DNA of 64,000 nucleotides from positions 24,590 to 88,589 of IMG/VR virus record IMGVR_UViG_3300043466_003163, one strand, 5' to 3'. The notes beneath the pieces are model-generated. The model did no database searches. It was not told the DNA's origin and worked only from the letters and a program-made list of their open reading frames with translations. Each line of letters starts with the position of its first letter. The stretch's first letter is position 1. Origin of the DNA: a virus. Position numbers and translations under genes: made by a program. Positions 30,931 to 40,770 of the stretch are shown one piece after another.

Positions 30931-31124
30931 AACTTTTCATTTTTATATTCTTTCCAATTAACCCAAAAACCAATAGCGACTAATATATTCATACCAAAAT
31001 AAGTAACTATTTCATATATATCTTCATATATATTTAAACTAAGATGAATATGACCAACTACCCAAAATGGAATAGCTAAATTTTGACTCACCCATAATAA
31101 AAAATATTTAAAAAAGTTTTTCAT
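30927..31124 (-). CDS. Small two-TM membrane protein
   Basis: Two hydrophobic segments. Confidence 0.6.
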   Translation of the reverse strand: MKNFFKYFLLWVSQNLAIPFWVVGHIHLSLNIYEDIYEIVTYFGMNILVAIGFWVNWKEYKNEKL

Positions 31125-31596
31125 ATTTTAATCCCCATTTTTCACTTATTTCAGTGAATTTATTGTTTATTATTTCTTTTTTAATTCCATTTAAAGATGA
31201 TAAATCATTCTCAAATTGTAAACCGTGTTCATTGTTTGCGTCCGTAATTTTTTGACTAAGAATGGAAAGTTCGTTTGAGGTGAAGAATTCCGTACCGTAG
31301 TCAACAATTCTAAGTTCCACAAGAATCTTATCATCAAAGGTTTTTATTTGGTGTGTCATAATTAATTTATTTTGTTTTGAGAGTTTAGCGTAACTAAACG
31401 GATTAAAAATTTCCTTATCATAACCAGTGATAACCATTTCAAACTCTACTTCATCACCATCTTTATATTTTGTTTCATCAACAACTTCTGTTTGATGTAG
31501 TGGTGTCCACATCCAATGCGTTCCGTGTGCGAATGAATGTAGGTCTGACCATCTAATAAACCAACCTTCTTCTTTTTTTTCTAAAATTCCTTTCAT
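31108..31596 (-). CDS. Hypothetical protein
   Basis: ORF in operon context. Confidence 0.6.
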   Translation of the reverse strand: MKGILEKKEEGWFIRWSDLHSFAHGTHWMWTPLHQTEVVDETKYKDGDEVEFEMVITGYDKEIFNPFSYAKLSKQNKLIMTHQIKTFDDKILVELRIVDYGTEFFTSNELSILSQKITDANNEHGLQFENDLSSLNGIKKEIINNKFTEISEKWGLKYEKLF

Positions 31597-31598
31597 AA

Positions 31599-32825
31599 TT
31601 AATTTGATAACGGTGCTTTAATTGTTGGATGTGATTGATAATTTTCAACAACAAAATCCGTATTTTCTAAATGAGTAAATAAAGATATATCTTTAGATAG
31701 TGATTTATAAAATTCATCTGTTTTCATATGTACCAATTTTGGTAGTTGGTAAGGTTCTCTTATAATTTGTTGTCCTGCTTGTGTTAAATGGTTTTCATAC
31801 AAATGTGTATCACCCAAGTTACCAATCAATTCATCAGGAACCATATTCACTGTCTTAGCAATGATTTCTAATAACAATCCATAAGATGCAATGTTGAATG
31901 GTAAACCTAAGAATGTATCTACTGAGCGTTGATTCCACATTAAAGAGATTGCTCTGGTTGGAATGTTATACTTATTCAAAACCTCTAATGTTTTACTTTC
32001 AGGAATTATTAATCCTGATTTATATTTCATAAATTCATAAGGGTCTAAACCTCTTTTAGCATATTCTAAAATTCTGTCATTTAAACTTAACTCTCTTGTA
32101 TAAACTTGAAATCCATAATGACAAGGTGGAAGTACCATTAAATCCAATTCTCCAACATTCCAAGCATTAACCATTAATCGTCTTGAATCTGGGTTTGTTT
32201 TAAGGTCGTTAATCAGGTTTGTGATTTGATCGTTATTAGGTACGTCATTATAATCGGTTACAGATCCATGGTTCCAGCCAGAAGGAACTCTTTTATAACC
32301 ACCCCAATTTCTCCATTGCTTACCATAAATAGGTCCTAAATCACCCCATTTTTCAGCAAACACATTATCTGTTTTGATTTTGTTGATGAACTCTTCTTGC
32401 GTGAAAGGTCTAAAATACCCATTAGAGATGGAACCACTCACAGTTCCATAAACATCAATAGATTCCATATCAAAACCTGTTATTGTAATAACACCATTTC
32501 CTTTTACTTCAAAATCATCGAATGTTAAATCCTTTGTTTTATTATAATAATTCTTATAAGCATCACCATCCCATATATGACACCCATTATCAACCAAGAA
32601 CTTAATGTTTGTATCACCACGTAGGAACCATATTAATTCCGTTACAATAAGACGGAATGGCATCTTCTTTGTTGTTAGGAGAGGAAACCCCTCACTCATT
32701 TTATGACGGATTTGTCTACCAAAAACAGAACGAGTTCCTGTACCAGTTCTATCTTGTTTTTTAATACCATTTTCTATGATGTCAAATAATAATGATTGAT
32801 ATTGTCTATCTAAAAGATTATTCAT
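31599..32825 (-). CDS. thyA: Thymidylate synthase with insertions
   Basis: DRTGTGT, FPLLTTK, LGPIYGKQWR, LPPCH, QRSVDTFLGLPFNIASY, GDTHLYENH. Confidence 0.96.
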   Translation of the reverse strand: MNNLLDRQYQSLLFDIIENGIKKQDRTGTGTRSVFGRQIRHKMSEGFPLLTTKKMPFRLIVTELIWFLRGDTNIKFLVDNGCHIWDGDAYKNYYNKTKDLTFDDFEVKGNGVITITGFDMESIDVYGTVSGSISNGYFRPFTQEEFINKIKTDNVFAEKWGDLGPIYGKQWRNWGGYKRVPSGWNHGSVTDYNDVPNNDQITNLINDLKTNPDSRRLMVNAWNVGELDLMVLPPCHYGFQVYTRELSLNDRILEYAKRGLDPYEFMKYKSGLIIPESKTLEVLNKYNIPTRAISLMWNQRSVDTFLGLPFNIASYGLLLEIIAKTVNMVPDELIGNLGDTHLYENHLTQAGQQIIREPYQLPKLVHMKTDEFYKSLSKDISLFTHLENTDFVVENYQSHPTIKAPLSN

Positions 32826-33114
32826 TTTTTTTTAATTTATTAATTTGTTCCATTATTGGCGATATATCCACTATATCTTTAGATTTATCAAAAGAGTATT
32901 TTTTAATTACTGTATTAAGTAATTTTCCTTGACTTTCACCACTCTCAAATAAATTATAATCTGTAAAAGTCACGTCCTTATAGACATATTGTAATCCAGA
33001 TTTAAATATAATTGCCAATTTACGTTCATTTTTTAAATATTTTGAACCTATTACGTTTGATGAGTCGTATATACATTCTACCGAATTATTTTCTTCATGT
33101 TTTAAAAGTACCAT
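32818..33114 (-). CDS. KTSC-domain protein
   Basis: DSSNV..SKY, L.IIFKSG.QYVYKDV, ESQGK. Confidence 0.8.
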   Translation of the reverse strand: MVLLKHEENNSVECIYDSSNVIGSKYLKNERKLAIIFKSGLQYVYKDVTFTDYNLFESGESQGKLLNTVIKKYSFDKSKDIVDISPIMEQINKLKKNE

Positions 33115-33117
33115 ATT

Positions 33118-33342
33118 TTAATTTTTAAATAATTTATATGAGTGAATATCTTTCATCTCAAAAATTTTCCCACTAACTGAAGCGGGAATATTTACATCGG
33201 ATGAATTTTCTTCTGTTATGATAACATAATTTCCTGTTATTACTATTGCAGAATCTAAAAATTCTTCTTTGTCAGTTGGTTTACCTTCTTTATCTTTTAG
33301 AAGTAATACTATTTTACCGAATTTTGGTGCGGATGGTATCAT
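33118..33342 (-). CDS. Hypothetical protein, first gene of a host-promoter unit
   Basis: TATATTTG at 33347-33354 (- strand). Confidence 0.6.
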   Translation of the reverse strand: MIPSAPKFGKIVLLLKDKEGKPTDKEEFLDSAIVITGNYVIITEENSSDVNIPASVSGKIFEMKDIHSYKLFKN

Positions 33343-33393
33343 TTTACAAATATATATATAATATTATTATTTAACAAATTAAATATAAAAAAA

Positions 33394-33419
33394 AATCCAT
33401 AACTGTAAAGCTATGGATT
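33394..33419 (-). terminator. Terminator after the Hsp20 gene
   Basis: AATCCATAGC-TTTACA-GTTATGGATT then T-tract on - strand. Confidence 0.7.
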
Positions 33420-33438
33420 AAAAAAAATAGGATATTTT

Positions 33439-33888
33439 TTAATCTATTTTAACTTTTCTTTTATATGATTTTGTTTTAGTAGGTTTCTCTTTAGGTAAAA
33501 AAATTGTTGTTATACCATTTTCTGTTTTTGCAAAAATTTCTTCACTTACAACATTGGAAGGTACTTCAAATACCCTATAAAATTTAGACCAATGATATTC
33601 TTTAGAGATATATTCACCTTTTTCTGTTTTATCTTGTTTACGTTCCCCACTAAAAATTAATTTATCCCCACTAATTTCAATATTTAAATCTTGTTTTGTT
33701 AGTCCTGGTGTAATAATTTCGTATTTGTAAACCCACTCATCCTCAAAAATATTGGTAGACACTAAATTATCCCCGACTCTAAAAATTTTAGTACTCCCTA
33801 AGTTATTTTTAAAATCATAATTAGAAAACGAATCTTTCCCAAATAAATTTTCAAACTCGTTAATTAAATCAATAAAATTTCTGTTCAT
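33439..33888 (-). CDS. Small heat-shock protein (Hsp20)
   Basis: PGLTKQDLNIEI, SGERK, F.RVFEVP, A..ENGI..I.LPK. Confidence 0.92.
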   Translation of the reverse strand: MNRNFIDLINEFENLFGKDSFSNYDFKNNLGSTKIFRVGDNLVSTNIFEDEWVYKYEIITPGLTKQDLNIEISGDKLIFSGERKQDKTEKGEYISKEYHWSKFYRVFEVPSNVVSEEIFAKTENGITTIFLPKEKPTKTKSYKRKVKID

Positions 33889-33931
33889 TTTAATTATATT
33901 TTTTAATTTTTGTTATTATAAATATTTTTAG

Positions 33932-33972
33932 TCAAATGGTATACCATTACAAAAAATCTGTCAAAATGTCAG
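33932..33972 (-). promoter_or_regulatory. Putative sigma54-like heat-shock promoter with upstream TGACA boxes
   Basis: - strand CTGACATTTTGACAG-N11-TGGTATACCATTTGA (GG-N10-GA). Confidence 0.45.
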
Positions 33973-34892
33973 GGATTATTTATATGTTTACCTTTTATTT
34001 TATAATAATTGACATCTATATCTTTTTCTTCTAGTAAATTTTTGGGGATATAAGTTTCACCTGTTTCTAAAAAATGATTCATTCGTTTGTTACCAAAATC
34101 TATATTAAACTCCACCAAATCAATACCTATAAACTTTCTATTATTTTTTAGTGATGCAACACCAGTTGTGGACGATCCAGCAAATGGGTCTAAAATGATA
34201 TCATTCTCATCACTACCAATCCTCACAAACCAATCTGCTAATTCAACAGAGAATGGTGCTGGGTGTAAAACACTTGGGTTTGATTCTGCAGCAGCAATAA
34301 TGACATTATGTGGTAGAGAACCATTTTCGTTTAATTCCCTCATCTGAGAATCATAAATACCATCTCTAGAATTAATAGTAGTTACTGGTTTTTTAAATCT
34401 TCTTTTAGTGACTTCAGAATGTTCAGTTCTACAATTATCCGCCCTAAATTTAGGTTTATTTGAGTTAGAGAAATGGAATACGTATTCATATCTATCTATT
34501 GCCCTATATTTACAATTTGTTGGTACTGCATTCTTTTTAAACCATATATATGGTTTTGCTACTAAATACCAACCCTGTTTCCTCATTTTATATTTTAATT
34601 CATCTAAAACTGGATGAACTACACCATTTTCTATCTTATCATTTATGTTTAGAAAAAAACTACCATTTGGTTTTAATACTTTTAAGAATAATTCAGTAAA
34701 TTCTAGAAACCAATCAACATAATCGTCTACATGTATAGAACCTATTTCTCCATCACCTTCTCCACTGTAATTTTTTCTCATAGAATAATAGGGTGGTGAT
34801 GTAAATATCATATCTACTTTTTCACCTTTTTCTACCATATTTTTTAATATAATTTTTGTGTCCCCTAAATGTAATTTGTATTGACTTTCCAT
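33969..34892 (-). CDS. DNA methyltransferase, beta class (N4-C/N6-A)
   Basis: FTSPPY precedes HPAPF and DPFAGSSTT. Confidence 0.92.
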   Translation of the reverse strand: MESQYKLHLGDTKIILKNMVEKGEKVDMIFTSPPYYSMRKNYSGEGDGEIGSIHVDDYVDWFLEFTELFLKVLKPNGSFFLNINDKIENGVVHPVLDELKYKMRKQGWYLVAKPYIWFKKNAVPTNCKYRAIDRYEYVFHFSNSNKPKFRADNCRTEHSEVTKRRFKKPVTTINSRDGIYDSQMRELNENGSLPHNVIIAAAESNPSVLHPAPFSVELADWFVRIGSDENDIILDPFAGSSTTGVASLKNNRKFIGIDLVEFNIDFGNKRMNHFLETGETYIPKNLLEEKDIDVNYYKIKGKHINNP

Positions 34893-34951
34893 TTTATTAT
34901 GTTTAAATTTGAAACAAATATAATGATATTTATAATATAAAACAAATTAAA

Positions 34952-37432
34952 ATGAAAAAAGTCTTACCTAAAGTTAAAAAAGTGATTAATATGTCACTAA
35001 AACAGGCAAAAATGTATGGAGATACGGAAGTTCGTATTGAACATATAATAATATCATTAATAAATGACTATAATAATAACGCAATACGAGTTTTAAATGA
35101 TTTAGGTGTAGATGTCGATAATTTACATAAAAAAATAGAGATTTCTCTTTTAAAAGAAAAAAAAGAAGAGTTAGTTATTGCTCAGAGCGGTGATTTACCT
35201 TTAGAATATGTATCAGAAAAAATTTTAAAAGGTGCGGAAAAGGAATGTGATGAATTAAATGATGATTTTTTGGATACTCACCACATATTATTATCCACAT
35301 TAAAAATAAAAAATAATGTTAATAGTATTTTAAAAACTATGAAAATAAATTATAATATAGTAAAAAAACATATGGAAAAAAATATAATACAAAATAGTAT
35401 TGATCCTATAGATAGTGAAGATGATAACTTCTTTAAAGATAATAAAAAAAGTAATAAAAAAAGTAATAAATCTAATGAAACCCCTATTTTAGATAACTTC
35501 TCAATTGACGTTACTAAAAGAGCATCTGAAGGTAAAATTGATCCTGTTATAGGTAGAGATGAATCAATACAAAGAGTAGCTCAGATATTAGCGAGAAAAA
35601 AGAAAAATAATCCTGTTTTGATTGGTGATCCTGGTGTTGGTAAAACGACAATTGTTGAAGGTTTGGCATTAAAAATATTTCAGGGGGACGCACCTAGAAC
35701 TCTTTTAGATAAAAGAATTTTATCATTAGATATAACTTCATTAGTTGCTGGTACAAAATATAGAGGTCAATTTGAAGAAAGAATTAAAGGTATTGTTGAC
35801 GAACTTATGAATGTGGATAATGTAATTTTATTTATAGATGAATTACATACAATTGTTGGTGCAGGAAACGCATCAGGTTCTATAGATGCTGCCAATGTAT
35901 TAAAACCAGCCTTAGCGAGAGGTGATATACAAGTTATTGGGGCAACAACTTTAGATGAATTTAGAGAAAATATAGAAAAAGATGGTGCATTAGCTAGAAG
36001 ATTTCAACAAGTTTTGATTAATCCCCCTTCAGTTGAGGACACAATTAAAATTTTAAATAAGATAAAAATATCGTATGAAAATTATCATAAAGTTTTTTAT
36101 CCACAAGAAACTATAGAACAATGTGTAAAAATGGCTGATAGGTATATTACCGATAGGGAATTTCCTGATAAGGCAATAGATATTTTAGATGAGGTAGGTT
36201 CTAGAACTCAGGTTAATGCTAAACCACCAAAAGGTATAAGTACCTTAGAAGAAAAAATTAATGAGATTAAAGAAAGAAAAAGTAATGTCGTTAAAAAACA
36301 AAAATATGAAGAAGCTGCTAAACTAAGAGATGAAGAAAGAAACATCAACGAAAAACTGGAAGTAGAAAAAGAAAAATGGTTAGAAACTATTAATAAAGAA
36401 AGAAAAAAGATAACTCCTGAGGATGTTAATGAAGTTGTTTCTATTATGACAGGTATACCATTAAAAAGACTTAGTGGGGATCAAGGTAAACGAATGTTGG
36501 AGATGGAAAATGAATTAATGAAACATATTATTGGACAGGAAAATGCGTTAGAAAAAATAGCTAAATCTCTTAGAAGAAATAGGGTAGGTATTAGAAATCC
36601 AAAAAAACCAATAGGTTCTTTTATGTTTTTGGGTCCTACAGGTGTTGGTAAAACTCATATTGCTAAAAAATTGGCAGAATATATGTTTGGAGAAGAAGAC
36701 TCTTTGATTAGATTGGATATGTCAGAATTTCAAGAAAAACATTCTATTTCTAGATTAATTGGTTCTCCTCCTGGTTATGTCGGTCATGAAGATGGGGGTC
36801 AATTAACAGAAAAAGTTAGAAGAAAACCTTATTCTATCGTATTATTCGATGAAATTGAGAAAGCAAATAAAGAAATATATAATACATTATTACAATTATT
36901 AGATGATGGACAATTAACTGACAGTTCAGGTAGAAAAGTAAACTTCAAAAATTGTATGGTAATTATGACATCAAATGTAGGAGTTAAAAAATTACAAGAT
37001 TTTGGTACAGGAGTTGGTTTCGGAACTAAATCAAAAATAGAAAGAGAAGAGTCAGTAAAAGAAGGTATGTTACTCGATGAACTTAAAAAACAATTCCCAC
37101 CAGAATTTTTAAATAGATTAGATGACGTAATTATATTTAAATCTTTAACCAAAGATCAGATAGGTAAAATTGTAGATTTAGAAATATCTAAATTAGAAGA
37201 TAGAGTTTTAGAAATTGGGTATACATTACAAATAAATAAAACCGCAAAAGATTATTTAGTTGATCAGGGGTATGATGAAGAATATGGGGCAAGACCTTTA
37301 AATAGATCAATTCAAAAATATATTGAGGATCCCGTTTCAGAAGAAATTTTGAGCGGTAGAGTTAAAGAAGGTCAAACTATTAAGGTAAGTTACTCCAAAC
37401 CTAAAGAAGAAATAATTGTTAAAATTTGTTAA
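34952..37432 (+). CDS. clpC: ClpC/ClpB-family AAA+ chaperone
   Basis: Clp-N domain, [11 protein letters not shown]-like middle ([11 protein letters not shown]), [23 protein letters not shown]. Confidence 0.92.
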   Translation: MKKVLPKVKKVINMSLKQAKMYGDTEVRIEHIIISLINDYNNNAIRVLNDLGVDVDNLHKKIEISLLKEKKEELVIAQSGDLPLEYVSEKILKGAEKECDELNDDFLDTHHILLSTLKIKNNVNSILKTMKINYNIVKKHMEKNIIQNSIDPIDSEDDNFFKDNKKSNKKSNKSNETPILDNFSIDVTKRASEGKIDPVIGRDESIQRVAQILARKKKNNPVLIGDPGVGKTTIVEGLALKIFQGDAPRTLLDKRILSLDITSLVAGTKYRGQFEERIKGIVDELMNVDNVILFIDELHTIVGAGNASGSIDAANVLKPALARGDIQVIGATTLDEFRENIEKDGALARRFQQVLINPPSVEDTIKILNKIKISYENYHKVFYPQETIEQCVKMADRYITDREFPDKAIDILDEVGSRTQVNAKPPKGISTLEEKINEIKERKSNVVKKQKYEEAAKLRDEERNINEKLEVEKEKWLETINKERKKITPEDVNEVVSIMTGIPLKRLSGDQGKRMLEMENELMKHIIGQENALEKIAKSLRRNRVGIRNPKKPIGSFMFLGPTGVGKTHIAKKLAEYMFGEEDSLIRLDMSEFQEKHSISRLIGSPPGYVGHEDGGQLTEKVRRKPYSIVLFDEIEKANKEIYNTLLQLLDDGQLTDSSGRKVNFKNCMVIMTSNVGVKKLQDFGTGVGFGTKSKIEREESVKEGMLLDELKKQFPPEFLNRLDDVIIFKSLTKDQIGKIVDLEISKLEDRVLEIGYTLQINKTAKDYLVDQGYDEEYGARPLNRSIQKYIEDPVSEEILSGRVKEGQTIKVSYSKPKEEIIVKIC

Positions 37433-37488
37433 AAAATTTTGATATTATAAAAACTTTTTACAATATTTGTATTATAAAAATAAAAATT

Positions 37489-37989
37489 ATGAAAAAGTTT
37501 GTTGTTTCTATTTCCCTTTTAGTAAGTGTTTCGTGTTTCGGACAGGATTATTTCACTGAATATTGTTACTCTAACAACAAAAAAATTGTTAGTGAATTAA
37601 ATATCGATTCGTTAGAGAATGTTCTATTCGAAAAAATCAACGATTTTCGAAAACAGAATGGTTTAAATCTTTTGGTCATGGATGAATCATTAAATAATTA
37701 TTCCGAAAAATGGTCAAGAAATATGTTGAGTAAAGACAAAATCTATCACTCGAGTATTGGTGAAAATGGTATTGTGTCGGAAAATGTTTATTTGACTAAA
37801 AGTTTTGGTGTATTCCCAATGGAAAAAAGTAATATTCTAACAATATCCGATAGAATTTTCAAAAGTTGGGTAAATTCTGAAAAACATAGAAATAACATGT
37901 TATTGGAAAATGTTGAAAATATTGGTGTATCGATTGTTTTATTACCTAATGGTATGATTGATGAGTCAGCAACAATGGTGGTTAATTAA
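37489..37989 (+). CDS. Secreted CAP/SCP-domain protein
   Basis: Signal MKKFVVSISLLVSVSCFG|Q; INDFRKQNGL, ENV, WVNSEKHRNNML. Confidence 0.85.
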   Translation: MKKFVVSISLLVSVSCFGQDYFTEYCYSNNKKIVSELNIDSLENVLFEKINDFRKQNGLNLLVMDESLNNYSEKWSRNMLSKDKIYHSSIGENGIVSENVYLTKSFGVFPMEKSNILTISDRIFKSWVNSEKHRNNMLLENVENIGVSIVLLPNGMIDESATMVVN

Positions 37990-38005
37990 CCACCATTGTT
38001 TATTT

Positions 38006-38536
38006 TTAGAAATCCGTATCATATAAACATTCTGAAATAGATTTAATATTTTCTATATCTTTTGTGAAATCATATTTTTTAACCCATTCCTCAATTGATT
38101 CACCGCTTTCTGGTACATATTCAGGTTTTATATGTTTTATTTTTAGTGACACATCACTATCACCAGATTCAAATGTTTTGACAACTTCTTCTAGATGCCT
38201 TCTACACATATTAACAGTTTTCTCAACAGCCTTTTCTTTAATTCCTGAATTAGTTATTTTAGATAAAATGCCAGCATTTAATTTTTTATTTTTTAATCCC
38301 TCACAATTTGTTATAGAGAAAATTACACCATCTCTTAATTTAGTGTATAGATTATTTTTATCTCTAGATGTTTCAGTGGCAGTAAGACCTACTGTTGTAC
38401 TATCTGACCTTAACCATGATGGGAATGTTTGAAAACAAGAACTGAAATCTACTTTAGATTCATTAATAAACTTTAAAATAGATTTGATTTCTCTTTCAGT
38501 TAGTGTTATAATTTGATTATTTTTTTTTATTTTCAT
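38006..38536 (-). CDS. Leader-bearing hypothetical protein
   Basis: Start 38536: MKIKKNNQIITLTEREIKSILKFINES. Confidence 0.65.
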   Translation of the reverse strand: MKIKKNNQIITLTEREIKSILKFINESKVDFSSCFQTFPSWLRSDSTTVGLTATETSRDKNNLYTKLRDGVIFSITNCEGLKNKKLNAGILSKITNSGIKEKAVEKTVNMCRRHLEEVVKTFESGDSDVSLKIKHIKPEYVPESGESIEEWVKKYDFTKDIENIKSISECLYDTDF

Positions 38537-38564
38537 TTTTTTAATATTAATATTTAAATCGTTA

Positions 38565-40526
38565 TTAAAAACCTGGACAACAAGTTGGGCAAGTCCATTT
38601 TGGTACAAATGGACGAGTTCTAGGTTTAAACGATACTCTACCTAATTTTTTCCTAATTTTTCGTATACCTCTTTTTAAATCGTTCCATGTATCTGTTAAA
38701 TTAAATTCACCATTTGCATCAAATTGTAAACCTAAACCCGGAACTGCAATAACGTAGTAATCTTCACCAACTTCCTCTTTTGTTACGACTTCTGGTTTTT
38801 TAAGTGTTACAGTTAAACCACCTAAATTCATTCTATAAGGGCCATAAACTTTATTATATTCTCCACGAAGTTCTTTTTGTGAAATTTCTCTACCTGCATA
38901 TTTGCTCGCCTGAATAGCCGATGATTCAGTTCTGTTACCGTAAAACATTTGTGGTGTAATTTTTTTACCTGCATCGTTAAATCTTTTATATGCAATTTGG
39001 AATAGTTCACCATATTGGGATATAGGTACTTCAGATCCATCAGCATTTTTACCGTCAATCTTTTCCCATCCAGGTCCAATATTTGGACGAGTAACTTTAG
39101 ATCCTAACACTATATTGTATTTACCTAACCCTAATCTATCTAACATATTACGTATAGATGTTTCTATAGTATCACACCTATCTTCCGCCAATTGTATATT
39201 ATTTTTTTCACTAAATGTTTTATCTTTACTCTTATAAGTGGTTCTTACTTTACTAGTTGACCCATAAACATAAATATTTATAGATTCTACTACTAATGCA
39301 AAATCTTCACCTAAATTATGTTGGTTTCTTAATTTAATAACATCGTCTTCCTGTTGATTGATGAATTTTCTAAGTAATACAATTTGTTCTTTTAAACCTT
39401 CTCTGGCCGAATCAGACATTTGAGTTCCGTCATCTGGGAAAAAGTTTCTACTCATTTCATTTCTTTTTTCAGTATCTTCTGTTACTGGTGGGTATTGAAA
39501 CATTTGACTTTCACCTGTAACCATTTTAGGTATTACTTTCACTTTACCGTCATCTAATCTAACTTGTTCTAAAGATTCAGGTTTATCAGTTATTTTTATA
39601 GTATTTATCTTACCAATTATTTTTTTAAATGTATCCTCACCCATTTTTTCCACATCTTCGGATAGTTTAGACAATAATTGTTTTTTTAAACCAGCCCCTT
39701 GAACTTCTCCAACTTTAATTTTTGAGTCACTATCCGCCTTTAACCCAATAGCACCCTTTTTTTGTAAATTTAATCCGACTAAAGCACTTACTCTATTTAT
39801 TGTATCATTAACATCATTATGTTTACCTTCTACAAAATCTACTATCGATTCTAATCTTTCACTTATATCGTTTATATCAGATTTAGGTAAAAATACGTTG
39901 GCCGAGTTTAATGCCTCCGCTTCTTTTTTTAATTTTTCTAATGTTCTAGTAGACTCTAATTTTTTTATTTGTTCTAAACCTTTAACATCAGTAATTTTTG
40001 ATTTTAATGTTTCTATATTTATTTTTGATAATAATGTGGGAATATTTTTTTGCATTTCCTCATCATACTTATCAGGTTTAACTTCGTTTTTTTTATTTTT
40101 TTTAGTAGGTTCGGTTTTTGTAATACCGTAATAAATCTCACCAAACATCCAGTTCTTTAAACTAGATTTAGTTTCTGGACTATCATTATTTATAAACCAT
40201 TCCATCATTATTTCATAAGATGGATTATTTTTGATTGATGTGTCAATATAGTCATCTACTTCTTTAACATATTTAATTATGTCTTTTATTTTTGCATTTT
40301 CCCAATTTACAGAACCACCTTTTGACCAATCATGAAATTTAGGGGGTTCAGTAGAGTTTGTTTGTGGTTGACCTTCTTCTCCTTCTTCTTTTAATAAGTG
40401 TTTTTTTAGAATTCTTTCCTCCAAAAGTCTATCATATGAGGTAACATTTTCTCTATAATGAGATGAATTAAAATTCATTAATTTTCTCATTTTAAATATC
40501 TCCTCACTTAAATTTTTTGATCCCAT
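38565..40526 (-). CDS. Large leader-bearing protein with possible degenerate OmpA-like domain
   Basis: LSEE...LLEE...LLKEE; IYVYGSTS...NNIQLAEDRCDTI. Confidence 0.5.
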   Translation of the reverse strand: MGSKNLSEEIFKMRKLMNFNSSHYRENVTSYDRLLEERILKKHLLKEEGEEGQPQTNSTEPPKFHDWSKGGSVNWENAKIKDIIKYVKEVDDYIDTSIKNNPSYEIMMEWFINNDSPETKSSLKNWMFGEIYYGITKTEPTKKNKKNEVKPDKYDEEMQKNIPTLLSKINIETLKSKITDVKGLEQIKKLESTRTLEKLKKEAEALNSANVFLPKSDINDISERLESIVDFVEGKHNDVNDTINRVSALVGLNLQKKGAIGLKADSDSKIKVGEVQGAGLKKQLLSKLSEDVEKMGEDTFKKIIGKINTIKITDKPESLEQVRLDDGKVKVIPKMVTGESQMFQYPPVTEDTEKRNEMSRNFFPDDGTQMSDSAREGLKEQIVLLRKFINQQEDDVIKLRNQHNLGEDFALVVESINIYVYGSTSKVRTTYKSKDKTFSEKNNIQLAEDRCDTIETSIRNMLDRLGLGKYNIVLGSKVTRPNIGPGWEKIDGKNADGSEVPISQYGELFQIAYKRFNDAGKKITPQMFYGNRTESSAIQASKYAGREISQKELRGEYNKVYGPYRMNLGGLTVTLKKPEVVTKEEVGEDYYVIAVPGLGLQFDANGEFNLTDTWNDLKRGIRKIRKKLGRVSFKPRTRPFVPKWTCPTCCPGF

Positions 40527-40601
40527 ATGATTATATTATATTTCTAACATAAATACCATTTTGGGTATCAATGTTTTTATTTTTTTTATACTACCTTTTA
40601 A

Positions 40602-40742
40602 TTATTTTAACCTTCTTTTTCTATTAATTGTAGATTCTGAAATTTGATTTCTTTTTTCTCTTTTAACTTCGTTAACAATAGTTTCGATAAGATTAATCAT
40701 TTCTGATTCTGTTAATCTAATAGTTTTTTTACCCTGTCTCAT
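40602..40742 (-). CDS. 46-aa leader-only peptide (not in ORF track)
   Basis: MRQGKKTIRLTESEMINLIETIVNEVKREKRNQISESTINRKRRLK. Confidence 0.7.
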   Translation of the reverse strand: MRQGKKTIRLTESEMINLIETIVNEVKREKRNQISESTINRKRRLK

Positions 40743-40770
40743 TTTTTTTATTTTTTTGTTTTGTTATTTA

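Noticed and set aside
20741-32825. Inteins or introns in terminase or ThyA
   Set aside because: Reading frames are continuous, with no intein terminal residues or homing-endonuclease motifs seen
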